Below, in pieces: positions 26,501 to 34,464 of a DNA stretch of 64,000 nt (position 1 is its first letter; every line of letters begins with the position of its first letter). The stretch spans positions 22,540 through 86,539 of the forward strand of contig CAYNMP010000012.1 of assembly GCA_964398475.1 (NCBI GenBank), written 5' to 3'. A model generated the notes under the pieces. That model was not told where the DNA came from. It ran no database searches and saw only the letters and a list, made by a program, of their open reading frames with translations. This DNA comes from an uncultured Chitinophagaceae bacterium. GTDB taxonomy: Bacteria > Bacteroidota > Bacteroidia > Chitinophagales > LD1. The position numbers and the translations under genes are program-made.

Positions 26501-27400
26501 ATTGCTACTTCTATTACGCAACCCATCTGCAATGGTTCTGCTATTACGTTCAACGGACAAACCATTACTACTGCGGGTACTTACTTAGATACATTAACAA
26601 GTGTAAGTGGTTGCGATAGTTTCATCACCTTGAATGTTACCATTGCACAAGCTACAGCAGCAACTATTAGTAAGAGTGCTTGTGAAAGTTTCAGTTTTGG
26701 TGGAAACACATTAACGGTTAGTGGAACATACTTAGATACCATTTCAAATGTTGCCGGTTGTGATTCAGTAATTACCTTGAACTTAACCATCAACCAAGCA
26801 ACGGCATCATCGATGTTTGATACGATCTGTAATGGCGATAGTTACAGTTTTGGTGCGCAAACACTCAGTCAAAGTGGTGTATACAACAGAACGATTACCA
26901 ATGCAGCCGGTTGTGATTCAGTAATTACATTGAACTTGTTTGTTCGTCCGGCTGTAGCAGTAACCGCTTCTGCATCAGGTTTCAACTTAAGTGCTACTGC
27001 AGGTTTTGTTGCTTATCAATGGAAACTGAATGGTAGTACAATCAGTGGAGCGAATACACAAACGTACACCGCAGTTGCCAACGGAGCATACACTGTAGAA
27101 GTTACGGATGCGAATGGTTGCAAAGGCACTTCAAATGTAGTGAACGTAAATGGTGTAGGAATCGAAGACTTGCGTAATCTTAACTTGACTATCTATCCGA
27201 ATCCGGCTACAGATATTATCACCATTGAAACCGATGAGCAAGTAACAAGAGTTGAACTCTTCAGCGCTATTGGACAAAAAATCAATGTAACCGTCAATAC
27301 TAAACAGCAAATCAACATCAGCGATTTAGCAGCTGGTGCATACAGCTTAATCATTCATACAACAAATGGTTCGATAAAAAAACGTTTCGTGAAAGAATAA
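20558..27400 (+). CDS. giant T9SS-secreted adhesin-like protein (about 2280 aa): SBBP-type beta-propeller repeats, two LamG/ConA-like domains, Ig-like domains, six tandem 73-aa Ig-like repeats, six 57-aa two-cysteine repeats, type-A C-terminal sorting domain
   Basis: Signal peptide MNKIKTKTRHRNRALTGCMMALLWLLVPSSIFAQQ. GNIYIAGYSD..DFDPG repeats. Sorting domain LTIYPNPATDIITIETDEQ...KKRFVKE. The start is set at ATG 20558. The ORF track uses TTG 20537. Confidence 0.8.
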   Translation: MNKIKTKTRHRNRALTGCMMALLWLLVPSSIFAQQLAPQHAWSFGLVKSNVKNVKTDSLGNIYIAGYSDVTADFDPGTASSPLASAGGYIAKYTSSKQLIWVTPIVATAVNDFDVSSSGSVAVVGSNGGAIINIYNPAGGLQYSYGLANSGNNGGSSSYDVTNCIFDKNGNLIVRGRAGTSPAPGFSGPGIGADIDPAPGFQSATTLINATTDWLMRLSPTFTLLSYKFIGSGIIGSNDFAISGDTLYWATSHANTATAVDYNQGASPALLVQEENALIAYRTTNFTPIWGGPFKTGAQKMLIESTPTGEIALLFQTNYGRNATYTYPIDGSYYNTLSPAGSSPHGYYNNYLLHYNKQTGALNITNKAPRLLVDSANSLANLYVSGFSVDKRGNYFISGSVGGYVDFQNGTGLYSRSSSGSIDPYFVKYKPNLSVDYAAIFPNSINSNDNFNGIAAIDTSSIVVAGSYRNTHNVDSLKLAPNLPFNVATEDNVVLAKYMGDPCRILITSTSLDTFSGCKYTFSITASSPTSPLSYQWFKNGALLTGQTTNTTSTTGVGTYQCRVSNACGEQWSKKYVLLALPAITYSSTYYLDSNLTGTPNGVGTAITYGADRAGNANKAAVFNGTSSVIDITNPTFNNGISLWFKRADITTRKSMSLVSYQVAAPGAWNPVMYLDSSGRLSGFVYDGTANPPIYSSGFVNDTLWHHAAWTYDAVVGQQKLFLDGALVGTRASNALATGAANIIKIGNGYIQSYPNLTGAGNAHFFKGSIDNVFLSSTISNARAEAMSKSPAFFKIDLGLLYTPKTKDVCSVTNFTLNAGILTNPNTGNQVSYTWVYVDQTTSPFTFTTLTNSATISGATTPNLVVTNANPATFSLGYFRLTISDAYCYVDEADIRLNLTTGVGTITQPANTSACLGSNAIFVAKATVATGYQWKKNGVNIPSSNNDTLFLNNIVAGDYTTYTCDITGCGGTVVTSNTVTLSQPTVAILTQTSASSNPACVGSNTVLFVNAQNAVSYQWKKGGVNISNTNNDTLFLTNVQASDAGSYTCEITSCSGGTVTSNALAVTTTLNSTSTNLIHHWKLNSNLTPSVGTINLTPVSTLYNYNVDRNGVASNGLQFATSTTTNALVLSTPITQDNISISLWYNKGNSTTVETLIGDNGTNYGDMLGINASGKLGYQVGGSGFQSSGVTVTNGWHHFVVTKSGSTMKMYMDGTQIIFGGGLATPPTMGVGTLIGRIGNTAPIYNTNMAKGIFDDIRIYSAVLSTSEVNNLYQAPEILGIGVFAAVCAGGTTSTSVLTSGNANTTYQWQKAGVNIPGANSSTLTLTNVQAGDAGNYACVVGSSAGCVATTSGNATLTLATGGVTFTTQPQPQSKCVGQPVTFTVAATGGTGYQWKKNGSALSGQTSATLNISAVALTDTGTYTCDITGGTCGSTPSNAAYLTVNAVPSASISPSTVSICAGVSQTLTASGNGTYTWSNSGGSTAAATFTPSSTTTYTVTVSAGICSATASSTVTVNAIPTASITPTTVTICAGDAANLTASGGGTYAWSNSGGTAAAASFSPTTTSTYTVTVTANNCSATTSRLVTVNALPTASITPSTAVVVCAGSPATLIAAGGTSYAWSNSGGTAAAATFSPTTTSTYTVTVTANNCSATASKLVTVNALPLATLTPAAPAICAGASQTLTAGGGSSYAWSAGLGSGTTKSVSPTSTTTYTITATDANNCSASASATVSVTTVVAAINGPTTICSGLSATLTASGGGTYAWSNSLGSAAAVTVSPTTATTYTVTVTNNSCTATASQTVSVQSAPTAVINGASSVCAGSSITLTANGGNTYAWSNSGGNAASATFSPTTTTTYTVTASLGAGCTATATKTITIKQPTAGSYNQTICFGQSVLFNGISRSQSGAYLDTLVNLAGCDSFLTLNLTVRPQISGSIAQTVCFGGSTTFNGATLTQSGVFKDTLTSVTGCDSILTLTFTVRPRIATSITQPICNGSAITFNGQTITTAGTYLDTLTSVSGCDSFITLNVTIAQATAATISKSACESFSFGGNTLTVSGTYLDTISNVAGCDSVITLNLTINQATASSMFDTICNGDSYSFGAQTLSQSGVYNRTITNAAGCDSVITLNLFVRPAVAVTASASGFNLSATAGFVAYQWKLNGSTISGANTQTYTAVANGAYTVEVTDANGCKGTSNVVNVNGVGIEDLRNLNLTIYPNPATDIITIETDEQVTRVELFSAIGQKINVTVNTKQQINISDLAAGAYSLIIHTTNGSIKKRFVKE
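24895..26190 (+). repeat. six tandem repeats of about 219 bp (73 aa) in the giant gene, consensus ..P.ASI.P....CAG....LTASGG.TYAWSNSGG.AAA.FSPTTT.TYTVTVT.N.CSAT.S..V.VN
   Basis: Adjacent copies are near-identical at the nucleotide level, for example 25130-25350 versus 25355-25575. The 16949 paralog has only one such unit. Confidence 0.65.
26188..26950 (+). repeat. array of six 57-aa two-cysteine repeats in the giant gene, part of the block about 95% identical to 19181-19950
   Basis: The translated sequence is almost identical to the array in the 16949 gene. Nucleotide spot checks show 1-4 mismatches per 60 nt. Confidence 0.65.
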
Positions 27401-27422
27401 GATTTTCATTCCGTGTTTTGTT

Positions 27423-27456
27423 TTCCCGCTCTGTTATCAGGGCGGGATTTTTTTTA
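27423..27456 (+). terminator. rho-independent terminator after the giant gene
   Basis: TCCCGCTCTG-ttatc-AGGGCGGGA followed by T8. It is almost the same sequence as the terminator at 30627-30657. Confidence 0.6.
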
Positions 27457-28863
27457 TAAAACTTCACTTCCATATTTCTTCAGTTGTATTTCAACCCATC
27501 TTAAAATAACAATGGAAGAATTTTCAAAATGCTCCTCTAATGATTTATACTCACTTACAACCTTTTTCAACTCCTTCTTAAATTTTAAAGTATTTACTCT
27601 CTGTGCATGAAGTGTAACCAAATTCAGCAACAGGTTTAATAGCGGCTTTTCATTCAGTTGTGCATCGCTTCTAAAACGCATACTTTGCTTAATATTGGTA
27701 AGTTCACGATGGGCATTATCAAAGTCGCCAAGTTGATGATAAACCATAGCATAAACCATTCGATAATAGTAATACTCGTTAGCAGGACGCTTAGTAATAT
27801 CATTTGTAAGTAAATTAAACGCCAAATTTGCTTTATCAATAAATAAATAGGCAATAGCATTAAAATACAAAAAACGGTGCATCAATTTTTCGCTATCAAA
27901 AATAATATGCCGAAATTTTATGTTAAGAGCAATACAAGTTTCATACTCCTCCACCATAATTAGATTTACACAATAGTTAAAAAGCAAATCAACATGCATC
28001 GACTTATCATCTATAAGAGAAACTGCCCGTTGATAGTACTGATGGGCAACCAAAAAATTATGCTGAAGAAAATATGCCAATGCAATTGAAGCCAGTAACG
28101 TTGGCATTTCCAACATTAACTCAGGACGATACTGCTCAATTTTAGGGAGCAACACAATGAGTTCTTCAAGTTTTGAAATTCGTTCGCTATCTTCAACACT
28201 GTAGCTTTCAGCTTTAATCGAATAATACAACAGTATGAGCCTATCCACTTCGTCAGGTTCGTAATGCCGGGAATCTTTACTTAACTGTGGGTATAACGAT
28301 TTTAAAACGCGAGTTGAATGATTAATTAAAATATCATTTTTTGCTGTTTGTTCAAGAGCGAATAAATGATCAACTTCCTTTTTTTGAAATGCAAGATTCT
28401 GTAGCACTTCATACGTTTTTAAGGATACATCTTTGAATTTTATGCCATATTTAATTTTTAGCTGCAAGAGCTCGCTTATCAACGTATAATCTTTGATTAA
28501 CTCAGCTGTTTTGAATTGTTCATCCCAAAGATTCTCAAAATCGATCACATGGCCCATTTCAAGCATACGGTAAAGTATAAAAACAGAGTGCTTATACTTT
28601 TTTAAAGTATCTACTTCAACTATATATTGGGTAATTACTTCGTTTAAAAGCCTGAGCTCATTGCGTAACAAATAGTCTCTTTCTTTGCTATAGGTATCTT
28701 GAAAAGTTAGCTTAAAAAGCTGTGCTTTTTTGTCACTAAAGTCTTGTTTTAACACAGCTTTCCATAACCGCATAAGACTGTCTCTTCCTTTATCTTTCAC
28801 AAGCGAATCAATTGCTACTACATCTTTTGGGCTTAGAAGCTTTATCAGATTATACGTTTTCAT
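27454..28863 (-). CDS. hypothetical all-helical (TPR-like) cytoplasmic protein of 469 aa, embedded in the T9SS cargo island
   Basis: Long ORF with no signal peptide or TM segment, rich in Leu, Lys and Tyr helical sequence. No catalytic motif was recognised. Confidence 0.5.
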   Translation of the reverse strand: MKTYNLIKLLSPKDVVAIDSLVKDKGRDSLMRLWKAVLKQDFSDKKAQLFKLTFQDTYSKERDYLLRNELRLLNEVITQYIVEVDTLKKYKHSVFILYRMLEMGHVIDFENLWDEQFKTAELIKDYTLISELLQLKIKYGIKFKDVSLKTYEVLQNLAFQKKEVDHLFALEQTAKNDILINHSTRVLKSLYPQLSKDSRHYEPDEVDRLILLYYSIKAESYSVEDSERISKLEELIVLLPKIEQYRPELMLEMPTLLASIALAYFLQHNFLVAHQYYQRAVSLIDDKSMHVDLLFNYCVNLIMVEEYETCIALNIKFRHIIFDSEKLMHRFLYFNAIAYLFIDKANLAFNLLTNDITKRPANEYYYYRMVYAMVYHQLGDFDNAHRELTNIKQSMRFRSDAQLNEKPLLNLLLNLVTLHAQRVNTLKFKKELKKVVSEYKSLEEHFENSSIVILRWVEIQLKKYGSEVL

Positions 28864-28978
28864 GAGCTAGCCATATAGTTTTATCCGCAAAATTTCAATC
28901 AAATCCTATCACAAATCAAAACAATTCACATTCACTATCAATAGCATCCCGAATATGTTTGCATTCAAATTACTAAAT

Positions 28979-30619
28979 ATGAAAAAAACATACTTATCTG
29001 TCCTAATTTTATTTTCGGCTCTAATCGTTAATGCCCAAACCTTACTAAAAGAATTTCGATTGGGAGCCAGCGGTTCCGAATTATTATTGGCAAATTATAA
29101 AACTTCGGATAAAATTTACTTCCAATTTGAAAGCTCAGATTTGCGAAAAGGAATAGCGGTATCGGATGGTACTCAAGGAGGCACTAAAGAGCTATTTTCT
29201 GACGACTACTTCTTTATAAGTACGTTTATCGGTTTAACTGGGTCCGACTTGATATTTACAGGAGGCTACTTAAACGACAATATAGGAGAAGGCGTTTACA
29301 AGATAAACGTTCAAACAGGGAATATAACGTTGCTCAAAGACTTCGATCCAACACAAGAATTTCCATCAATTGTATTTGCTTCAAATATTGAATTGACACC
29401 CGGTAAATTTATCTTTATCGGATATGACGATATGCATGCTATTGAACCTTGGATAACAGATGGAACCACTAATGGCACGTATATGATAAAAGATATCAAT
29501 CCAACAGGAAACGCATTGATAAATACAAGCATTGAGAAGTACTTTACGAAAATGAACGGAGTTGTCTACTTTGGTGCAGGAAACGACTCAACGGGTGCAG
29601 AGCTGTGGCGCACAGATGGAACCGCTGCCGGAACATACTTGGTAAAAGATATTTACACGAATAATTCTCAAGGACCAATGTTTGGTAGCAATCCGGCATT
29701 CCTAACTACATTAAACAACAAAGTATTCTTTTCTGCATACGATGATATATATGGAAGAGAACTTTGGGTTACTGATGGAACTGCCGCAGGAACAATTCGG
29801 CTAACAAATTTCTCATCGGCTACTCCGGATGTAAATAACTTGTATGTGTTTGATGGTCTCCTTTACTTTAGTGCGTATGATGGTTCCAATCGAACTGTAT
29901 ATAAATCGGATGGAACTGTTGCAGGCACACAACTTGTACAAGCGACTTCAGCAGGAGGACCAATAAATCCCAGTGCAATCTTTAGTTTCAAAAACAAACT
30001 TTCCATTTTAGCGGAAGATCAAAATGGTGTTCACTCGCTTTATACGTTAAACGGAACAACATTTTCAAGATACAGCTTCCCTGTGAGTGTGAGTGTGTCA
30101 TCCCCTTCAAATTTACTGCTAACGTCAAACTACATTTACTTTCACGGCTACGACAGTTTCGGTGAACTGAAAATTTTTAAATCAACAGAATCATCCATCC
30201 AAAACATTACAACAAACAATGCAATAACTATTTCGAATAAGCCGATGTACTTATCGAATAATTGCTTAATCTTTGCCGCTCAAAACATCTCGAATGGTGA
30301 AGAGTTGTTTAGCATTTGTAATCAGCAAACACAAACAGTTTCAATTGACAAAGCACTTTCAGCATCTCTATTAGTTAGTGTATATCCAAATCCTTCCTTA
30401 GGACAAATAAACATTTCCTTTGAGGATATAACTGCGAATCAAATCGATTATACTATTACCGATGTATTGGGCAATACCGTGAACAAAGGAATAGCTGCAA
30501 TAAACGAGAAGCATACCATTCTCCACTTACCTGAATTCCTATCTAATGGATACTACATACTTAATATTAACACAAAAGCAGGATTGGCTTCAACGTTTAA
30601 AATAGCACTTACCCGATAA
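28979..30619 (+). CDS. T9SS-secreted protein with ELW-x-TDGT-x-x-GT beta-propeller-like repeats and type-A C-terminal sorting domain
   Basis: Signal peptide MKKTYLSVLILFSALIVNAQ. Repeats EPWITDGTTNGTYMIKDIN, ELWRTDGTAAGTYLVKDI, ELWVTDGTAAGTIRL and YKSDGTVAGTQLV. Sorting domain LLVSVYPNPSLGQINISFED... Confidence 0.75.
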   Translation: MKKTYLSVLILFSALIVNAQTLLKEFRLGASGSELLLANYKTSDKIYFQFESSDLRKGIAVSDGTQGGTKELFSDDYFFISTFIGLTGSDLIFTGGYLNDNIGEGVYKINVQTGNITLLKDFDPTQEFPSIVFASNIELTPGKFIFIGYDDMHAIEPWITDGTTNGTYMIKDINPTGNALINTSIEKYFTKMNGVVYFGAGNDSTGAELWRTDGTAAGTYLVKDIYTNNSQGPMFGSNPAFLTTLNNKVFFSAYDDIYGRELWVTDGTAAGTIRLTNFSSATPDVNNLYVFDGLLYFSAYDGSNRTVYKSDGTVAGTQLVQATSAGGPINPSAIFSFKNKLSILAEDQNGVHSLYTLNGTTFSRYSFPVSVSVSSPSNLLLTSNYIYFHGYDSFGELKIFKSTESSIQNITTNNAITISNKPMYLSNNCLIFAAQNISNGEELFSICNQQTQTVSIDKALSASLLVSVYPNPSLGQINISFEDITANQIDYTITDVLGNTVNKGIAAINEKHTILHLPEFLSNGYYILNINTKAGLASTFKIALTR

Positions 30620-30626
30620 ATCCAAA

Positions 30627-30657
30627 TCCCGCTCTGCTATCAGGGCGGGATTTTTTT
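30627..30657 (+). terminator. rho-independent terminator, same hairpin as 27423-27456
   Basis: TCCCGCTCTGCTATCAGGGCGGGA followed by T7. Confidence 0.6.
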
Positions 30658-30787
30658 ATCAAATTACAATGCGGTTAAAACTGAATTCGATACATAAAAA
30701 CCAGGAAAGAAACCAATGTATACGAATAATAACTTTGTCGGTTTGTAAAGCTTGTAGTCTTTCAAACGGTAAGCGTTAAGAAATCTA

Positions 30788-30830
30788 TTTTATAAAAAAT
30801 CCCGCATCAAATATAAATCGATGCGGGATT
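30788..30830 (-). terminator. rho-independent terminator for the flotillin gene (minus strand)
   Basis: AATCCCGCATC-N11-GATGCGGGATT. On the minus strand it is followed by TTTTTTAT. Confidence 0.5.
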
Positions 30831-30853
30831 AATTCTGTCCAAAACGGTAATAG

Positions 30854-33148
30854 CTATATATTGTCTGCCTTCTTGCCTGTCAATTTCTCCAACAACATAA
30901 TCCCCATCATGTTTTCCAAGTTTCCACCACCTGCACCACCACCTGAAATTAAGGTTTCCGGAATCAACTTCATATTGTTTTGCGCAATTTGCTCGATAAT
31001 TTTCAACTGACCGAAGTTATCTTTACCCATTGCATCTACCTGTAGCTTGTATGCTTCTGCGGTTGACTTACCTTTCTCCAAAATAATACCGGCTTCGGCT
31101 TCACCCGTTTTTTGAATGGCTTCTGCATCGGCACCGGCTTTTAACTTAGTAGCTTCAGCTTGTGCTCCGGCTAATACCTTCTGATTTTCAGCATCGGCAT
31201 TGGCTTTCAATTTAGTGGCTTCTGCGTCTCCATCGGCTTTGCGAATCGCTGCATCGGCTAAGTTTTTCGAAATCTCTACTCCCCTTTCTGATTCCACTAC
31301 CTGCTTTTGCATATCGGCTTGTGCAGTAGCATTCTCTAACTTCTTACGCTCTTCTTGCGCTTCCATTTGAGTTTTAAAAGTGGCTCGCTCTTGCGTAGCA
31401 ATCTGACGATCCGTAACGGTTTTTGTTAACTCTTTCGGCAACACCACATCGGCAATCATGGTATCTTTCGATTCGATATGATGAATCTTCAATACATTCT
31501 GAATATGCTCTTTGGCTTTTTGTTGCAACTCCGCTCGTTTCGTATATAAATCCAACGCTTGAACCGCTTGTGCCGCATTTCTAAAATGCGAACTAATAGC
31601 AGGTTCTAACACTTGCGAAATCATATTATCTACTGAACCTAAGTTAGCCACTACTTTCGGAGCATCGGCCATCGCAATGTGAATAATCACACGCACATCC
31701 ATGTTTACATTAAATGCATCGGAAGTTCTGAGCGTAATCGTTTTTAAATTTGCATCAAACTTATGCGAGCTCGATTCATCATCGGCCCAGCTTAATAATA
31801 TTTGTGTGGTTGGTACAATATCTACTTTACAAATCTCTAAGTTCAATGCATGTTTACCCGGCCCTAGCGGATCTTTCCAGATTCCTTTTTTGCCGTTGTC
31901 TACAATTTTCGCATTCACATTCATATCGGAAGTATCTAAGCCCTCATCTCCAACAAAGCCTGTTACAACAGCACATTCACCAATTTTCACTTCTACCATT
32001 TTTTGCTTTTTCACTGAAGCAAACCACGGATTAATCGCATATGCACCGGCACGCAACACCGGAATTTGTAAACCTTTCTGTCCGCCCGCTTTCAAGAACG
32101 CATCGGTGTCTTGATAATTTTGATGCACGTCTAATGGCACTTCATCTGCTGCAATTTTACTGGCATCAGTAATGGGTTTACCTTCTTGAATCGTCACAAT
32201 TCCAACTTCATCCGATTCGAGTTGTACCCATTCAATAGGTTTACTAATTAAAAACAATTTTGTGTTGATACGATACGTTCCCGGCATCAAATGCTGAATC
32301 TGGCGACCTTTCTGTCCTTTCGCGGCAATAAACACCTCTCCTTTTTCAAAGTTGGAATGCCCTTCCACTTTATCAGCCAACAAACGACCGTCTGGAATTT
32401 GATGTCCATCCATAGCTGTAACCAAACAAATATGACCACCCGGCACAACCGTTGCTTTTTGGATATCTACACTGAACAAATCGGTATTGATACGATAGAT
32501 ACCCGGAGTTAATACACTCACTTGCGGACCTTTCTGTCCGGCATTTTTCAAAAATGCATCTCCATCTTGAAAATAGCCACACAGCACCGGTTTCGCAAAA
32601 ATACGACCGGCTTCAATAGGTTGTCCGTCTATGGCTTCTACAACTGCAACTTCATCTTCACCAACAAAAACAGCATTGGTTACTTTCACATTAAATAGGT
32701 GCGGATTGATTCGATGTTCACCCGGAGGAATAATCCCCACTTGCGGCCCCTTTTGCCCTCCGTTCATCAAGAACTTTTCGCCATCTTGATACATATCCGA
32801 TTCAACAGATGTAGCCATGAATTGGCCCTGTGGAATCGACTTACCGGTAATAGCATATACAATACCAATCTGACTATCGCGAATGACCAAATATTTATGC
32901 TTTACGGGCTTAAAAATAAACGGCAACATAAAATGCAAACCCGGACCTAAAATTTTAGCTTGTACACCCACTTCTCCGGATAGGGCAACGGTTCTACCAT
33001 CGGCCATCTCTTTCCCGAGCCACCGCCTTTCTAATGTAGCCAGCTCATCGCCCCCAACATTCACAAAGGAATTATACACAACAAACAAAGCCACTAAGGC
33101 CAACAGAATAAAGGGATAATAAGTCCCTACGAAAGAAAAAATGTCCAT
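30854..33148 (-). CDS. flotillin / SPFH (band-7) family protein, YqiK/FloA-like, with four N-terminal roughly 85-aa repeats
   Basis: N-terminal TM helix. Four GQKG.Q....PG.YRIN..LF repeats. An SPFH domain followed by a Glu/Ala/Lys-rich coiled coil. The flotillin-typical C-terminus reads IEQIAQNNMKLIPETLISGGGAGGG. Confidence 0.7.
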   Translation of the reverse strand: MDIFSFVGTYYPFILLALVALFVVYNSFVNVGGDELATLERRWLGKEMADGRTVALSGEVGVQAKILGPGLHFMLPFIFKPVKHKYLVIRDSQIGIVYAITGKSIPQGQFMATSVESDMYQDGEKFLMNGGQKGPQVGIIPPGEHRINPHLFNVKVTNAVFVGEDEVAVVEAIDGQPIEAGRIFAKPVLCGYFQDGDAFLKNAGQKGPQVSVLTPGIYRINTDLFSVDIQKATVVPGGHICLVTAMDGHQIPDGRLLADKVEGHSNFEKGEVFIAAKGQKGRQIQHLMPGTYRINTKLFLISKPIEWVQLESDEVGIVTIQEGKPITDASKIAADEVPLDVHQNYQDTDAFLKAGGQKGLQIPVLRAGAYAINPWFASVKKQKMVEVKIGECAVVTGFVGDEGLDTSDMNVNAKIVDNGKKGIWKDPLGPGKHALNLEICKVDIVPTTQILLSWADDESSSHKFDANLKTITLRTSDAFNVNMDVRVIIHIAMADAPKVVANLGSVDNMISQVLEPAISSHFRNAAQAVQALDLYTKRAELQQKAKEHIQNVLKIHHIESKDTMIADVVLPKELTKTVTDRQIATQERATFKTQMEAQEERKKLENATAQADMQKQVVESERGVEISKNLADAAIRKADGDAEATKLKANADAENQKVLAGAQAEATKLKAGADAEAIQKTGEAEAGIILEKGKSTAEAYKLQVDAMGKDNFGQLKIIEQIAQNNMKLIPETLISGGGAGGGNLENMMGIMLLEKLTGKKADNI

Positions 33149-33315
33149 AAGAAAATTGAATTATGGGGTTTAGAAAATGGTTTTAATACAAGATTATCCT
33201 TGCGCATGCAAAGGAACAAAAAATGAATAAATTGAAAATAGCATTCCGTCAAAAACGAAAAACGGAGATTGAAATTATATCCAACCTCCGTTTTCTAATC
33301 ATGAAAAAGCAATAA

Positions 33316-33876
33316 TTAACTGCCTAAAAGTCCTTTTTTCAAATCCGCATCTACCGGATCGGCTCCTAACCAAATACCAAATAATGCTTTCTTAAAATCC
33401 ATACCGGTTGTTGTACTCTGGAACTTACCGTTTTTAAATGCTTTCACGCCTTCACCCGGAATGTAAACCAAAGTGAAAATGTCACCTTCTTTTACTTCTT
33501 CCTTTGAAAACGTATTGATAAACGCATCAATGCGCGACTGAATAGCTGTTGTATTGCCTTTAGTAGCTTTCGTAAAACCTTCGCGAATAGACTCCGATAA
33601 GTTACTGCTGCTTACCACCGAAGAGGTAATCTGTAAACGTACCGCCATTTCTTGATCTCCATTCACCAAGGCATCGGCATTGTTACTTTTTGCTGTGGTG
33701 TATAAGCCGGCAACATATACTTTAAAGAATGCCTTTTTACGAATTCCGCCTCCATTCAGCACAAGCTCCGATTTGTCGGTTTTTAATTTAGCGGCTAGTG
33801 TTACATTGTTTAGCGTTAATTGAGCATCGGCATATGTTCCAATGCAGAGTAATGCGATAAGCAATAGATTTTTCAT
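33316..33876 (-). CDS. chalcone isomerase-like family protein (secreted)
   Basis: Signal peptide. FFKVYVAGLY...RLQITSSVV...GIWLGADPVDADLKKGLLG resembles the chalcone isomerase-like fold family. Confidence 0.55.
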   Translation of the reverse strand: MKNLLLIALLCIGTYADAQLTLNNVTLAAKLKTDKSELVLNGGGIRKKAFFKVYVAGLYTTAKSNNADALVNGDQEMAVRLQITSSVVSSSNLSESIREGFTKATKGNTTAIQSRIDAFINTFSKEEVKEGDIFTLVYIPGEGVKAFKNGKFQSTTTGMDFKKALFGIWLGADPVDADLKKGLLGS

Positions 33877-33967
33877 TTGTTTAAATTTTGGTTGAAATAA
33901 ATGTAGAAGATATTTTGAATTGTTGCAAGTATTCTAATTTGCTTTATATTTTTTAAACAAATTATGA

Positions 33968-34450
33968 TTAAGCAAATTGCTGTTTGGTTATACAAATTGG
34001 TTGATGACTCACCAAAAAATTGACTGAATTCGCAATGAAACAAAGTCGATTCGCATTTTCATGCAATGCAATTGCTTTGGGAATCATAAATGATTCTTCA
34101 ACAGTAACAATCGGATGCAATACCACTTCGGAAAAACGACCGCCATTTACTTTGTCTTCCATTAAAGTGCCTGTCGCATTATCTTCATATTCAAGAACCA
34201 CAACACCAGCTTCAGCACATAAGTGCAAATACCAAAGCATGTGACAAGAAGATAAAGACGCAACTAAAAGTTCTTCCGGATTGTATTTGTTTTTGTCGCC
34301 CCGAAAAGCGGGATCGGAAGACGCTAACAACGTTGGCTTATTGTCAACACTTATTGTGTGACTTCGTTCATACGTTGTATAGCCCGTTGTCCCGAAACCA
34401 TTGTTTCCTGTCCATTGTACTAGCACCGTATAATTATGTTGTCCGGACAT
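33968..34450 (-). CDS. OsmC/Ohr family protein
   Basis: LLVASLSSCHMLWYLHLCAEAG carries the two conserved Cys of OsmC-like peroxiredoxins. Confidence 0.65.
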   Translation of the reverse strand: MSGQHNYTVLVQWTGNNGFGTTGYTTYERSHTISVDNKPTLLASSDPAFRGDKNKYNPEELLVASLSSCHMLWYLHLCAEAGVVVLEYEDNATGTLMEDKVNGGRFSEVVLHPIVTVEESFMIPKAIALHENANRLCFIANSVNFLVSHQPICITKQQFA

Positions 34451-34464
34451 ATTCGTATTCTAAT

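Noticed and set aside
14907-30657. Recurring near-identical 30-40-bp hairpins could be mistaken for a repeat array or CRISPR-like or mobile-element ends
   Set aside because: They are spaced 2-7 kb apart, each sits directly after a stop codon, and each is followed by a T-tract. They are duplicated rho-independent terminators, not CRISPR repeats or inverted-repeat transposon ends. No transposase or integrase is present.
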